DNA of 32,106 bases from Octopus bimaculoides (lineage: Eukaryota): the NCBI RefSeq assembly GCF_001194135.2, contig NC_068983.1:161805841-161837946 (forward strand), read 5' to 3'. The notes under the pieces are model-generated. The model did not search any database and had not been told where the DNA came from. It saw only the letters and a list, made by a program, of their open reading frames with translations. Position 1 is the first letter of the stretch. Each line of letters starts with the position of its first letter. Shown in pieces: positions 1-11,751 of this stretch. Position numbers and translations under genes: made by a program.

Positions 1-8
1 AAGTCCTA

Positions 9-201
9 GCATCCGACGCTCAACTACAGCTCTGCTCACTGACCACAACTTCCTGCGTATTAACATTCCAAATCTCCTTGTGTAACTTTTATAGAATATT
101 CCGTACCAGGTAACACAAGTCTCAGCATCGACGCTCAACCACAGCTCTGCTCCTTTGACCACAACTTCCTGCGTATGGACATGCTATAATCTTGTGTAAC
201 T
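9..201. repeat. Imperfect direct duplication of a ~79-bp unit (9-87 and 125-201, period 116)
   Basis: gcatc(c)gacgctcaac(t/c)acagctctgctc...tgaccacaacttcctgcgtat...cttgtgtaact occurs twice. Confidence 0.85.
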
Positions 202-1091
202 CTTATACGAACTGGATTTTTTCTCTACAGACACTTTTAATGTGTTCTGTGTTTTTCTCACACACACACTTGTGCACTCATACATTTTCTTTCCTTTCAG
301 AAAAAACAAACAATCAGACTTTTACATCCCGTGATGTCAGTTCCTGGACAGTGGTCATCACGGTTGTTTTATCATTGTCTCATTTGTTTTTCACTAGGTG
401 GCATTTACTGCCCATTTTACTTGCATGTTTTCTTTCATCAATTCATTTGTACATTGCATGCATGTATCTCACAAGTGTACATTCATTTCTTTGTGTGTGT
501 TTGTGCCACATCTTGTGGTTGGTTTCAGTGGCCATCCTGCCTCAGGCGTNNNNNNNNNNNNNNNNNNNNNNNNNNNNNNNNNNNNNNNNNNNNNNNNNNN
601 NNNNNNNNNNNNNNNNNNNNNNNNNNNNNNNNNNNNNNNNNNNNNNNNNNNNNNNNNNNNNNNNNNNNNNNNNNNNNNNNNNNNNNNNNNNNNNNNNNNN
701 NNNNNNNNNNNNNNNNNNNNNNNNNNNNNNNNNNNNNNNNNNNNNNNNNNNNNNNNNNNNNNNNNNNNNNNNNNNNNNNNNNNNNNNNNNNNNNNNNNNN
801 NNNNNNNNNNNNNNNNNNNNNNNNNNNNNNNNNNNNNNNNNNNNNNNNNNNNNNNNNNNNNNNNNNNNNNNNNNNNNNNNNNNNNNNNNNNNNNNNNNNN
901 NNNNNNNNNNNNNNNNNNNNNNNNNNNNNNNNNNNNNNNNNNNNNNNNNNNNNNNNNNNNNNNNNNNNNNNNNNNNNNNNNNNNNNNNNNNNNNNNNNNN
1001 NNNNNNNNNNNNNNNNNNNNNNNNNNNNNNNNNNNNNNNNNNNNNNNNNNNNNNNNNNNNNNNNNNNNNNNNNNNNNNNNNNNNNNNNNNN

Positions 1092-1193
1092 NTTTGGTCG
1101 GCCCGAGGCTATAGTAGAAGACACTTGCCAAAGGTGCCACGCAGTGGGACTGAACCCGGAACCATGTGGTTGGTAAGCAAGCTACTTACCACA
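1092..1193 (-). mobile_element. SINE family A, 5' part (rest lost in the gap)
   Basis: Reverse complement matches the head and core of the other family A copies (tggtaagtagcttgc...ggttccgggttcagtccc...gcaagtgtcttctactatagcctcggg). Confidence 0.9.
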
Positions 1194-1305
1194 ATTTTTA
1201 TAAATTGTATATATTTATTTTATTATAAATGCAAAACAACACCACAGATGAATCGACGTAAGCTTAAGTAATAAACCGCCATATAGTGAGGAATTACTGT
1301 GTGCG

Positions 1306-1344
1306 AATATATATATATTTATATATATATATATATATATATAT
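1306..1344. repeat. (AT)n microsatellite
   Basis: Read directly. Confidence 0.95.
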
Positions 1345-1390
1345 AGCTTTTTAAAGTTATCTCTACAGGTTTTTTATAGAATTTAGAAGA

Positions 1391-1567
1391 CGAGCTGGCA
1401 GAAATGTTAGCACGCCAGGCGAAATTCTTGGCGCTATTTCGTCCGTCTTTATGTTCTAAGTTCAAATTCTGCTGAGGTCACTTTGCCTTTCATCTTTTTT
1501 GGGGTCGATGTAATGGACTTATCCCACTTCCCTCTAGATTGCTGGCCTTGTGCCTAAATTTGAAACC
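1391..1567 (+). mobile_element. SINE family B copy with an internal deletion
   Basis: cgagctggcagaaatgttagc...gagttcaaattc-like B box...gcctttcatc...ggggtcgatgtaat; aligns to 26678-26873 and lacks the segment between the two GG(G/A)GTCGAT direct repeats. Confidence 0.85.
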
Positions 1568-1722
1568 AATATTGGATTTTAAAAAAAGGCAAAAGAGTAG
1601 GACCTCTCTCCATGTGGCTCTTTACAGTTTAAAGTCATGTTCCCTAGAAGGGAATAATTATCGAGAAAGCTTCATTTGTATTCCTCTACTTCCTTTCCCT
1701 AACCGACACGGCTCACGCCACC

Positions 1723-1761
1723 ACCTGCAGAAACAGCAGCCAAATCTCTTTTAAATCACAC
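1723..1761 (+). repeat. Short dispersed-repeat segment related to 3036-3075 (unclassified)
   Basis: acctgcagaaacagcagccaaatctcttttaaatc versus acctgttagaaatagtaaccaaatttccctcaaatc. Confidence 0.4.
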
Positions 1762-3375
1762 TTGGCTAGTGTCATAAGAGCGGGAGACATGTATCCAACA
1801 TGTTATAGTCCTTTGAACAAAATCAGTGATTTGGGAACCAGAACTAAACGAGATGTCGATCAAATAGGCGTCATAGTAGTGTCAAATTAGAAAAGAAGAG
1901 AGACTCCACCTGAAGCTATTTGCATCATAAACTCACCTGTAAAATATGTCACCTCACCTTTTTCCATTTGTCAGTCAGAAATATATTATCAGAGTCGATA
2001 CCAATTTCACAGTAGTGTTGATTTGCTCTTAAAACTCGTTCATATTTTAGTTAACATAGATCATTGTGTGCGAGCAGATGCGTATTTTCTCTCCTTGATA
2101 AACTGGACAGACGACTTATAATTATTTCAAATTTGTACTTTTTTTCATGCACTTCTTCCCATTCATACTTCATATATATTCAGTGTATATCCATACATCA
2201 ACTATCAAATGGTGAAATCTATTAATAGCGCCGGTCGCTTTTGTCATGATTTTTTTGTCGTATCTACCCAAATGCAAGAACCTGTTATACTAGATGACAT
2301 TACAATTTCATTCCCCACCCTCGTTTATGTTTTAAGCCTATGATTGTTGTTGTTTTACTGGGTGAAGTTTGTTAAAATTTGTGTGAAACCAGTTCTTTCT
2401 GCGCAAGGAAAATTCAGCCATATTACCAGGTTTCATCTATGATCAACGGACAAAAAACTGTTTCTAATCAGAAACGGCGACGAACGTCGACCTACTTTGA
2501 ATTGCAGTTTCAGATTGAGGTCCAACGCTTTCATTTGTGTAGGACGGTAACAGTGGTTGGAGAGAACTTTTTTTTATAATTGATAGTTTTGTTACACAGT
2601 TGCTACCTTGAGAATTGCTTGTAGGGCAGGATTCGTGACGGACGAATTGTAGACAATGAGTATCAAACGAATCTGAATGAACTAAACAGAAATAACTGAC
2701 GACGTAAACTCTGATGTACGTAAAGTAATAAACCTTTGATAAATGTATTCTCGCCTCCACTAGTTTGTTTGCACATAACTTAACAAAGCTATATGCTGTC
2801 ATTCTGGACTTTGATGTCAACAAATAAGCTATCATAACCACCGAACCAAATCGAAAAACGTGAGCCAGTCTCTATAATTTGGCTGCAATATGGCGTAGTT
2901 GGTAAAGCTGTACTGAATTGTTATTTTTATAGCAATACAATGCCTTTCAATGTAGGTTTGTTTGCGTGCGGCTGATCCAAGGTTCAACAACAAGCAAAAT
3001 GAGTCAACGAGAGAAGGCCTCTACACGATCGCTTGACCTGTTAGAAATAGTAACCAAATTTCCCTCAAATCCTACCCTACTGTCTTAATTTAGGGAACCA
3101 TGCATGGAACAGTGTAATCTCAAAGAAATAGGAAGACGAGATAATATTTTTGAGATACAAATTAAGAGAAAACTGGACGGAGAGGGTGATGTAGCTCCTG
3201 GCCTTGTCAGCTCCAATCAAACCACCCAACCCATGCAAACATGGAAAACAGATGTTAAAATGATGACGACGATGATGATGATAATGGTAATTCTTTCCTG
3301 AGACATCCTTACTACATGTCTGTAGTATAGGAGATGTGATCTTTCCATTCGGAGGAGAAGTGGCTCTACCTGGAG

Positions 3376-3610
3376 TGGGGCTGTGGAGTCGGAGTCGGTA
3401 AAACCATACCAACTCTTACTCACAATATCTTTTATTCTTTAATATAAACCAGTTATAACATATAGGCCTACTCTAAGTACAAGCGTACGCACATGCTTTA
3501 TGAGATATGTAGATCACAATCATTTGATTAAATAAAGTGGAGTTGGAGTTGAAGGTGCCAATAGTAGAGGAGTCGGAGTCAAAGTTTTTTGTTTCGACTC
3601 CACAGCTCTG
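3376..3610. mobile_element. hAT-type MITE (~235 bp)
   Basis: TIRs tggggctgtggagtcg / cgactccacagctctg, subterminal GGAGTC repeats, 8-bp TSD acctggag (3368-3375) / acctgaag (3611-3618) with 7/8 identity. Confidence 0.85.
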
Positions 3611-3614
3611 ACCT

Positions 3615-3960
3615 GAAGCGCTTGTCTGATCTCCGAGCTTCGCATTCTATCAAGTAACGTTACTCCTGAGACCCTTCAGAGGGTCTGCATCTTGGTCGCT
3701 TGAATTCGCAATTCAATTCTTTCATTCATTGCCCAAGATGCATGTCCACAGGTAAAGGTAGGCACAAACACTAAATTGAAGAAAACGAATTTGGTTTTTA
3801 CTCCTAGGTCCTTTCTTCTGATGACCGAATATTGAAGCTGGCACATTACTGTACCAGATCTTGCAATCCTTGCACTTAATTCTGCTTCCTACATTTCCTC
3901 GACCCTGAGATACTTGAACATTTCCACCTACTTCAGTGGAACTCCACTCACGTGTTAATA
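3615..3960 (-). mobile_element. Decayed RTE-clade LINE, C-terminal part of the ORF
   Basis: Hand translation across frameshifts gives VEMFKYL..AELSARIARSG...VFVPTFTCGHASWAMNE...RVSGVTLLDRMRSSEIRQ, resembling the RTE post-RT region (FKYLG, LxYGxExW, DRxRxxEIR). Confidence 0.65.
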
Positions 3961-4029
3961 AAATACTACCTTACAAAACTAGTTTTATCATAACATTTTA
4001 ATGACAGACGTGGATACAATTATTGAATC

Positions 4030-5130
4030 TGCTCTTTATTTCAACTGAGTTCTTGTAAATTTCCATTTTGGTTGTGAGTCATTGAAACCCGACCGATCTG
4101 TTGTCAAGCACCTGTTGGATATTTATTTCTGAGTATCCTGCACTGTTTCGACTTCATAGATTCATTGCAGTCTGGTGAAAAAAAAATTGGGAAGGTGCCG
4201 CAGACTAGGTTTCTTCAGTTTCAGATATTTTATTTCCAAAAACTAAACTTTGACTGAGATTTGTAGATTGTCCATTGAGTCCAGGGTCCTGCTGTAATTT
4301 CATTAGTTCCATTTCCACAGCAGACGATTCTGTAACGAGTGTCTGGAGTACTGGATAGCCATTGATGACTCCATCAACAAAGTCCAAGCAAGGCTGCATT
4401 CTCTGCAAGTCATCAAACTGAGTTAAGAAATTATCAAGGAATACTTGTTGTTTATCTTTATATTCTTCCATCTATTTCAAAATCAGGGATTATGCTTACC
4501 GTCAGAGAGATTGCAAAACTCACCAAAGTTTTTGTTTCACAATGTCTGTAAACAATTCTTATTTTATTCCGAAAGTTAAACATTAAATAAAATCAAAAAC
4601 AATGTTATTCTACATAAGAATTTTAAGTTGGCAGTTTGTGAATGGTTCTTTATCTTAGAAAGAACATCAAGTTTTGCATTCTTTCAGATTTTTATGATTA
4701 AAATAACTGTCAAGAGATCTGTTAACCTATTTTAAAAAGTTAAACTAATAAAACACACACACACACACACACATAATTGACCATCACGTTCCAGCACTTC
4801 AATAAAGTTTCTAAAATGTTGGTGACTCTTTCAACTGAAGTGTCTAAAAATGACAATTTCAAGACAGATTCCATGACATTGTCCTACTTGAAGCATTCAT
4901 GATGGAGAATATGATAATGACGGGGAAAACTGTAGATTGCTTGATCTCAGGTCAGCTTTTATTGAGCAGACTTTTAATCAAAGACTCTCCAACCGCCGCT
5001 GTCCTGTCATTTTACGCACGTCCAAGTTAGCCAGAACCACATTATTTTATGTATTCATTTTTAAGAATGATTTGAGGGGCATTTGGTTGCAAGTTTTATC
5101 AGATCAAGCTTCTTCAATAGCACATTCCTC
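4030..5130 (-). pseudogene. hAT (Charlie/Buster-like) transposase relic
   Basis: Track ORF 4205..4471 (TQFDDLQRMQPCLDF...VEMELMKLQQD) resembles the hAT C-terminal FxDF..MELIELQ region. At ~4800-4900, HILHHE..DNVMESVLK..HQHFRNFIEVL resembles the CxxHQE..HRQF motif. Many stops and frameshifts; a (CA)n sits at ~4754-4772. Confidence 0.6.
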
Positions 5131-6879
5131 ACTGGTTTGTTAAACACTTATAGCGGTTTTACCATGTTGCAAGACCAAAGATTTGAACCCCATTCTCTAA
5201 GTTATGAGGCTAGTTCCATGAATGGACCACGCACTTATCACGTATATGTTCTATTTATCAAGCTATCGGCTTGCAGGAGATCATCTCAAATGTCCTTAAG
5301 ATTGGTGCCTTTTCCACAAGTCATAAGCAGTTTGGAGCTAAAAATCTTAGCAATCTAGGAACACACATTTCAGCTCTCACCACAAGCAATCTAGATGAGA
5401 GCAGATGCTTAGCAAGATTCGGTGGACTAACACCTCTCTGTCTCTTACTCCAAGATAACCGATGGCTGAGTAAAATAACAACAACAAAAAAAACAGTTAA
5501 AGACATATTATTTCATTCTTGCTCAAGCAACCAGAGATATATATTCAGATAAACTCACATCTCAAGTTTCATTTGAGACCAATTCGTCCCTGTCTCAAGA
5601 ATGAGCCATTAACGACTGTAGGACATAGTGAAAGTTGATCCCTATCTCCTAAGTTTCTGCAGTGACTGTCTGAAAATCCCTTATTATATAGGTACAGTCT
5701 TTCTTTTAATAAATATAAATATAAAATGTTCGCAAGATTTATCTCTGTTAACAACACACCCAGACTAATCCATAATCTTACACCAAAATCTTTGATGGCA
5801 ACAAAGAAGACCAACTCACTTCGATCCCATCACAACTCTCCCAGCAGAGCCACTTCCGGTGCATCTAGGTCTTTAACTAAACCCATCCCAGATCTCCATC
5901 TGACTTCGTGCCTTTTTCCTTCTTTAATCTTTTTTGACCCGGAATTTCTTTAATCTCTGTACCCTCCCATCAGACATAACATAAACATTAGGATTTCAAT
6001 GAAATCATTAAATGTCGATCTTTCAATTTAAGCAAATATAAATGTGACATGAGACCAACTCTAATACTATTTCTGATAAAAAGAGATTGTAGCAAGATTC
6101 GAAACTGAAGCGGCACATTGCCATGTTAAAATCACGGTTTAGTAATAGTTTTAGTAAATTATGGTAATTTTTTATATTAACACCCGCACGATTTTCATTA
6201 AGAAAACTCGGATTTTTTTGCGTGGAATCAAGTACCTTCACCTCCTAATATGCTGCAAATCCCTTATTTTGGTTCAGAAAAAGGGGAGCGCTGCCCCCCC
6301 CCCTCTATCCTAGAATCATTGGAATTTTTTTTTTTCGTTGAATGAATTCCTGTGACCTCCTAATATACTACAAAACCCTTTTTTGGATCCGTAAAACGGG
6401 GTGGGGTGAGGTGGAAGCCTCGGAAATTTCACCCCACCCCTATTGATCTTTTCACCCGCACGATTTTTAGTAAGGACCATAATTTTGTTGTTATTTAGCC
6501 TCAAATCGACCCCGATACAGCAAATCTATCATCAAAGACATTCCAGCCTTCAGCAAACCGACTTTTTAGGGATAATCTAGGCATTATGTACAATGGGTGT
6601 GTGATTTAGGTAGGGGGATACTTTGGCTACTATTTTTAGCGTGTCGAGCGACCAGGTAGAGGCTCTTTCATTGGTACGATTGCGTAATGAGATTTGTTTT
6701 TACACATATATATATCTATGTATATATATCATCGACATATACGTATATATATCATTGGCACTTATCAAACACGAATTTGGCCATTGTCACTCTGTAACTT
6801 CTGCTTGTTATTAGTGTGTGTGTGTGGTGTGTGTGTAATGGACCCGGAAGTTGTTCGCAAACAGCAGCAGTAATTTTCT

Positions 6880-7087
6880 TCAGCTAAATACACGTCATTG
6901 ATTGGTTAAAATTACCCAAATACGACAACTTTAACACGAAATAACTTCTAAAATACAAAATTTTGTCAAAAACGTTAAGAGTAAACCCTGTTCTATGCGA
7001 CACATTATACCAGTATCCGAAGTTTCAAAGTGTTTAGTTAAAAAAAACAATTAATCAAAAAATATGGCCGTCAAATTGAATAAATCC
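6880..7087 (+). mobile_element. Solo right-arm fragment related to the foldback element at 25058-25612
   Basis: cgtcattgattggttaaaattac..aaatacgacaactttaaca...gacacatt.taccagt.t.c.aagtttcaaagtgttt...atcc aligns with ~25430-25612. Confidence 0.7.
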
Positions 7088-8076
7088 GTTATTTACACAA
7101 CTTAGTAGACAGGAGCCACGATTCTACGACATGAACTTAGCGTGTATATTTTCTATCTTGGCAGCTTAATTCCACTTAATCAACAGTTTTGCAACAGCTA
7201 CAGAATTATCCTCCCAGTGTGTAAACTTTGTTACAATTTCTAATCCATGACCAACATGGAAATTCTTTACGCAGTAAAATAAAATTACTGTTAATTGTTC
7301 GCCGGGTGTCGTTATATTCTTACACGCACCTACTTTGCGACACAACCGATACACACGGGTCTCGCCTACGATTCGTCCATATGAACGGACACCTCATTTC
7401 CGCGGTCATCTCCGCCTTAATCCAACTCATTAAGTGTTGATGTCTTTTTTTTGTGTGTGTGTATGTGTGTCTATTGACTACTTCAGTCTGTCTCTCGTAC
7501 ACTTTGTTACTAAGCAACTTTTGAATCCAGTCACTCGCTGAGCAACTGCAGAAAATTTACTTTTGTTGACAAATATTGATTCCCGTCAGCTGCCGTCTGA
7601 TAACTGTGATAACAATGTCACTACAATCTCCGATTTAGTTAAGTTGGAAGAATTATTTCAGTTTAAAGCTAACAAATCCACCCATACGGATATATCTTCA
7701 CTTATGATAACATTGAACCAAGTTGAAGAGAAAGAAACGTTCTGAATTAAAATCCGGTTTAGGTTAATGGTTAGTTCTTGCTTTTTATTCTTGCAAAGCC
7801 TATAAAGTAAATACCAGGTGCATGCTGAAGACGGTTCGTTTGAATGTACATCTACCCTGAATGTGTTAATTCGTGGCAATGTAAGAAACATCATTATATC
7901 CCTCGATGCTCGTCGGTGTTCTATATTCAAATCGGAATTGATAAGGCTAATAATAGATATTATGTCACCACTTGGAAAATAGGTGAAACCATTCAGTCTG
8001 TGGCAGGGAAAAACGTATACAGAGACAAGCTATATCGCATGTGTCATCAAAATATATCCAAACAAGAAAGTGCAAA

Positions 8077-8077
<1 letters not shown>

Positions 8078-8143
<66 letters not shown>
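8078..8143. repeat. (ATT)n microsatellite running into a gap
   Basis: Read directly. Confidence 0.95.
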
Positions 8144-8431
8144 NNNNNNNNNNNNNNNNNNNNNNNNNNNNNNNNNNNNNNNNNNNNNNNNNNNNNNNNN
8201 NNNNNNNNNNNNNNNNNNNNNNNNNNNNNNNNNNNNNNNNNNNNNNNNNNNNNNNNNNNNNNNNNNNNNNNNNNNNNNNNNNNNNNNNNNNNNNNNNNNN
8301 NNNNNNNNNNNNNNNNNNNNNNNNNNNNNNNNNNNNNNNNNNNNNNNNNNNNNNNNNNNNNNNNNNNNNNNNNNNNNNNNNNNNNNNNNNNNNNNNNNNN
8401 NNNNNNNNNNNNNNNNNNNNNNNNNNNNNNN

Positions 8432-8675
8432 TTTGTCTGAATATTTTTTTATTATACCTAAGGCACCTACTATGATAGGAATTGTTTCTGTTTTTAGATT
8501 CCACATTCGAGTTATCTCTATTTCCAGGTCTTTGTATTTTGAAAGTTTTTCCATTTCTTTTAGAGAAACGTTGTCATCTGCTGGTATTGATACATCAATT
8601 AGAAAGCATTTTTTTTCTTCATGATCTTTGACAACTATATCTGGTCTATTTGCCTTAATTTCTCTATCTGTGTGT
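8432..8675 (-). mobile_element. RLE-type non-LTR retrotransposon (R4/Dong-like) 3' fragment
   Basis: DREIKANRPDIVVKDHEEKKCFLIDVSIP...KLSKYKDLEIEITRMWNLKTETIPIIVGALG: PD..D..K restriction-like endonuclease domain, flanked by (TAA)n on both sides. Confidence 0.85.
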
Positions 8676-8686
8676 GTGTGTGTGTG

Positions 8687-8725
<39 letters not shown>
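8669..8725. repeat. (TG)n followed by (TAT)n compound microsatellite
   Basis: Read directly. Confidence 0.95.
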
Positions 8726-8726
<1 letters not shown>

Positions 8727-8807
8727 GGAGCAGGCGTGGCTGTGTGGTAAGAAGCTTTCTTCCCAAACACCTGGTTCCGGGTTCAGTCCCGCTGTATGAC
8801 ACCTTGG
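8727..8807 (+). mobile_element. SINE family A, head only (tRNA-like Pol III promoter region)
   Basis: A-box-like tggctgtgtgg at 8737-8747 and B-box-like ggttcagtcc at 8780-8789; similarity stops at caccttgg. Confidence 0.85.
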
Positions 8808-8809
8808 TA

Positions 8810-9960
8810 ATTATACAGTCCGCTATAGTGCACCCATCCTGAAATGACAAAAGCGGAGATTGACCAACTAAATCGCACTACTCGAAAGACAATGACATTG
8901 CATGGTGCCCTCCACTCTAAGGCAAATGTACACAGGATCTACATGAAGAGCGGTAAAGGTGGATGTGGGCTGATTAGCATACGGGAGTGCATCAACAGTG
9001 AAGAAAAAAACATGGCAGAATATTTGGTAAACAGCAAACAAGACCTGCTACAGTATGCAGCTAGTGCAGAAGGAATCAACAAAAATGGACTTGAGAATGC
9101 TCATGAATTCAAATCAAAAACAGCCAACGAGAGAGAAGAAACCCTACTTCGTATGGAATTACATGGTCCCACCGTGAAACCAACAAATTAAAAGACCAGG
9201 GAGCATCATGGAGGTGGCTCCAGAAGGGTGATCTAAAAAGAATACTGAAAGCCTAATCATTGCTGCCCAGGCCAGGCATTGAATACCAACTTAGTCAAAA
9301 AGAATATATACCACATAAGTGGAACGGACTTCTGCAGAATGTGTGGAAAGAGGTTCGAAAGCGTAACTGTGAAAGTCTTGCGCAGAAAGAGTATAAGCGT
9401 AGACATGACAAACTAGCCCAAAACCTCCACTGGCTGCTATGCCGTAAGTATGGATATAAGGTTACGAGTGCTTGATACCAACATACACCGGAAAAAGTAA
9501 TAGACGAAAAAGGGAAGGCAAAAATCCTCTGGGACTTTGATTTCCAGACAGACACAGTGTTAGATCACCGAAGGCTGGATATAGTAACCTTTAGGAGGGA
9601 CAACAAAAGTGCCTACTAATCGACGCGGCAGTGCCAGGAGATCAAGATGTCATCATGAAAGAAAGAGAAAAGGGGGACAAATATGGAGAGCTGAGAATTG
9701 AGATCGCTAAGATGTGGCAGCTACGAGAGTCGAACATAAACGTTATCCCTATTGCCATCGCAGCATTGGGCTCAAAACCACCCAATGTGAAAAAAAGACA
9801 TCTGAAAACCTTAGAGATATCCTATAATCTAGATGCATTGCAAAATTCGGCATTACTTGGAACTGCATGCATATTGCGTTAAGTACTTTCTGTCTGAGGT
9901 CCTTGTTGTGACTTGATAAACAGTACAAGCCCCCGGTAGACACACTATTTTCAATCAATA
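8810..9960 (+). mobile_element. 5'-truncated, frameshifted RLE-type LINE (R4/Dong-like), second family
   Basis: TKAEIDQLNRTTRKTMTLHGALHSKANVHRIYM..GGCGL (post-RT), WRWLQKGDLK..ESLIIAAQ, CRMC remnant, YKRRHDKLAQNLHW, ILWDFDFQTD..HRRLDIV..LIDAAVPGD..KGDKYGELRIE (RLE domain); stops and frameshifts present. Confidence 0.85.
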
Positions 9961-10003
9961 ACCTCACGATATTGCATACTGTGTGACGCCAATAACGACG
10001 ACC

Positions 10004-10172
10004 CTTTCTGCTAGAGGCACAAGGGCCTGAAATTTGGGGGGAAGAGAGTAGTCGATTACTGATCCCAGTGCTTGACTGGTACTTATTTTATCGATCCCAA
10101 AAGACGAAAGCAAAGTCGGCCACGACAGAATTTGAACTCTGAACGCACGGACGGACGAAATACCGCAAAGCA
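10004..10172 (-). mobile_element. SINE family B copy, 5'-truncated
   Basis: Reverse complement gcggtatttcgtccgtc...gagttcaaattc...gatcgataaaataagtaccag...cactgggatc...aatcgact aligns to 26678-26873. Confidence 0.8.
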
Positions 10173-10703
10173 ATTTATTAATACTATCAATAAAAAGAAT
10201 TAATTATTAATAAAATCATCAGCGTAAGCCTCCTTTGGCCGGGAGGAGCAAGCAGTTTTTATTTGTCTAGTGGCTGCAGCGAAAGAGGTTTAACGGTGAT
10301 CGTTATAACGGCTAATTGGGTACCACTTTTATAATGTGGTATGTTATTTATACTGGGATAGATAATAAATACAATTTATTTCTTGAGTAAGAATCTATAT
10401 TGATAAACCCGTCACTTATAACTTAATTATAAGTGTCATCACTATACATAAATCTCAACTAAAGCTACATAAAGGCCGTAGTAAAATATATATACATCAA
10501 AACGCCTAACGGACATAAACGTGCATGTATATTGAAGATAAATAAGTTCGTGTTCGCTACAAAATAGTTTCATAATTGCAGAAATAAATTTCATTAACAG
10601 GTTGAAAAGAAGTGAAGAAAGAAAATATTTACTACATTGGTTTATTTATGTATGTTTAATATTTACAATACATTTTGAAGTAAGGTAATTATTTGTCGTA
10701 GAG

Positions 10704-11201
10704 CAGTGGTTGCCAAACTTTTTAGAGACGCGACCCACCATTTATGACACCAGTTTATGGCGACCCACTTAACTCTACTGGGTAAAAACATTAATGTAAG
10801 AAACAAAACGTTTTATAACTGTTTCAACGTCTCCATACCCTATGAGCAGGTATTAAACTCTAATACAAAACCTCGAAGCAGTAACTGTTATCGGCTCGGT
10901 CAGTGTTGTACTGCGCCTAGTTAAAGTTCTCTATAAATAAGTAAAAACAGACATTTCCTTTTTACAATTACGCTACGAATAAATAACTTGAGAAAATGAC
11001 CACCTCTGATTTGTTAAGTTCGTGAAAAAAACCTACTGCTTAATAAAACAACCAGTCTGGTATTGAAAACATGAGTCTTGAACTATCTCGATAGACAGCA
11101 ATTAATCAAAGCTAATGCGTAATTTTACAACTTTTTGCGACCCACTTGGATTCCGTTCACGACCCATCAGTGGGTCGCGACTCATAGTTTGGGAACCACT
11201 G
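10704..11201. mobile_element. hAT (Charlie-like) MITE, 498 bp
   Basis: 16-bp TIRs cagtggttgccaaact / agtttgggaaccactg (15/16 match), perfect 8-bp TSD tcgtagag (10696-10703 and 11202-11209), subterminal gcgacccac repeats at both ends. Confidence 0.93.
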
Positions 11202-11751
11202 TCGTAGAGAGTTACGACATAAATTTTATACTAGCTAATGCTTTCATACTAAACTACTAGAGTTTACACAACAATTTAAATAAGTCTTGTTGGATTTAAG
11301 TAATAAACATAACATAAAAATAGCCAATATCTCAAAGGAGTGAGAGTCGTGGAGATGAGTGACAACCAACAGACACTGATTAATTTCCTAAAAATCAGGG
11401 TTTTTATAACTACTCATACCTGAATTCTAAGAACCATATTTCGTGAAAGATTTCTCTTTGAGGAAAGTTTAAAATTCAAATATGGGCAGTAATTTTAACC
11501 GATGGGAAACTAACAATTATACTTGTTAGGGCAACACGACTGTTACCGCCGTTTGCGACTTGCTTGCTACAGAGGAAATATGGTGGACTCGTCTGAAAGG
11601 GCTAAAGTCAGATACTTTCCTCTTTGGCCAAGCCTTTGTCAACTTTTTCAAGTTTCACTTGAAAGGAAGTTGAGGGTGGAAAGGCGAGTGTTGCCTTGTA
11701 GCAAATTTGTTGGAAGAATGGCCAGTATCAAAGGACCAATTATGAGCATAA

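Noticed and set aside
192-1271. Long ORFs in the track here and at 7844-8770, 14546-15482 and 20716-21418
   Set aside because: They are open only because they run through N gaps; the real flanks are SINE or LINE sequence.
2379-2900. 125-aa minus-strand ORF and a YY1-like aatatggcg in a CpG-containing patch
   Set aside because: No recognisable domain, and one short motif is insufficient evidence for a promoter.
8727-8807. tRNA-like sequences with A and B boxes (also 13001, 18808, 26678)
   Set aside because: No closed cloverleaf, and each matches the head of a multi-copy SINE; these are not tRNA genes.
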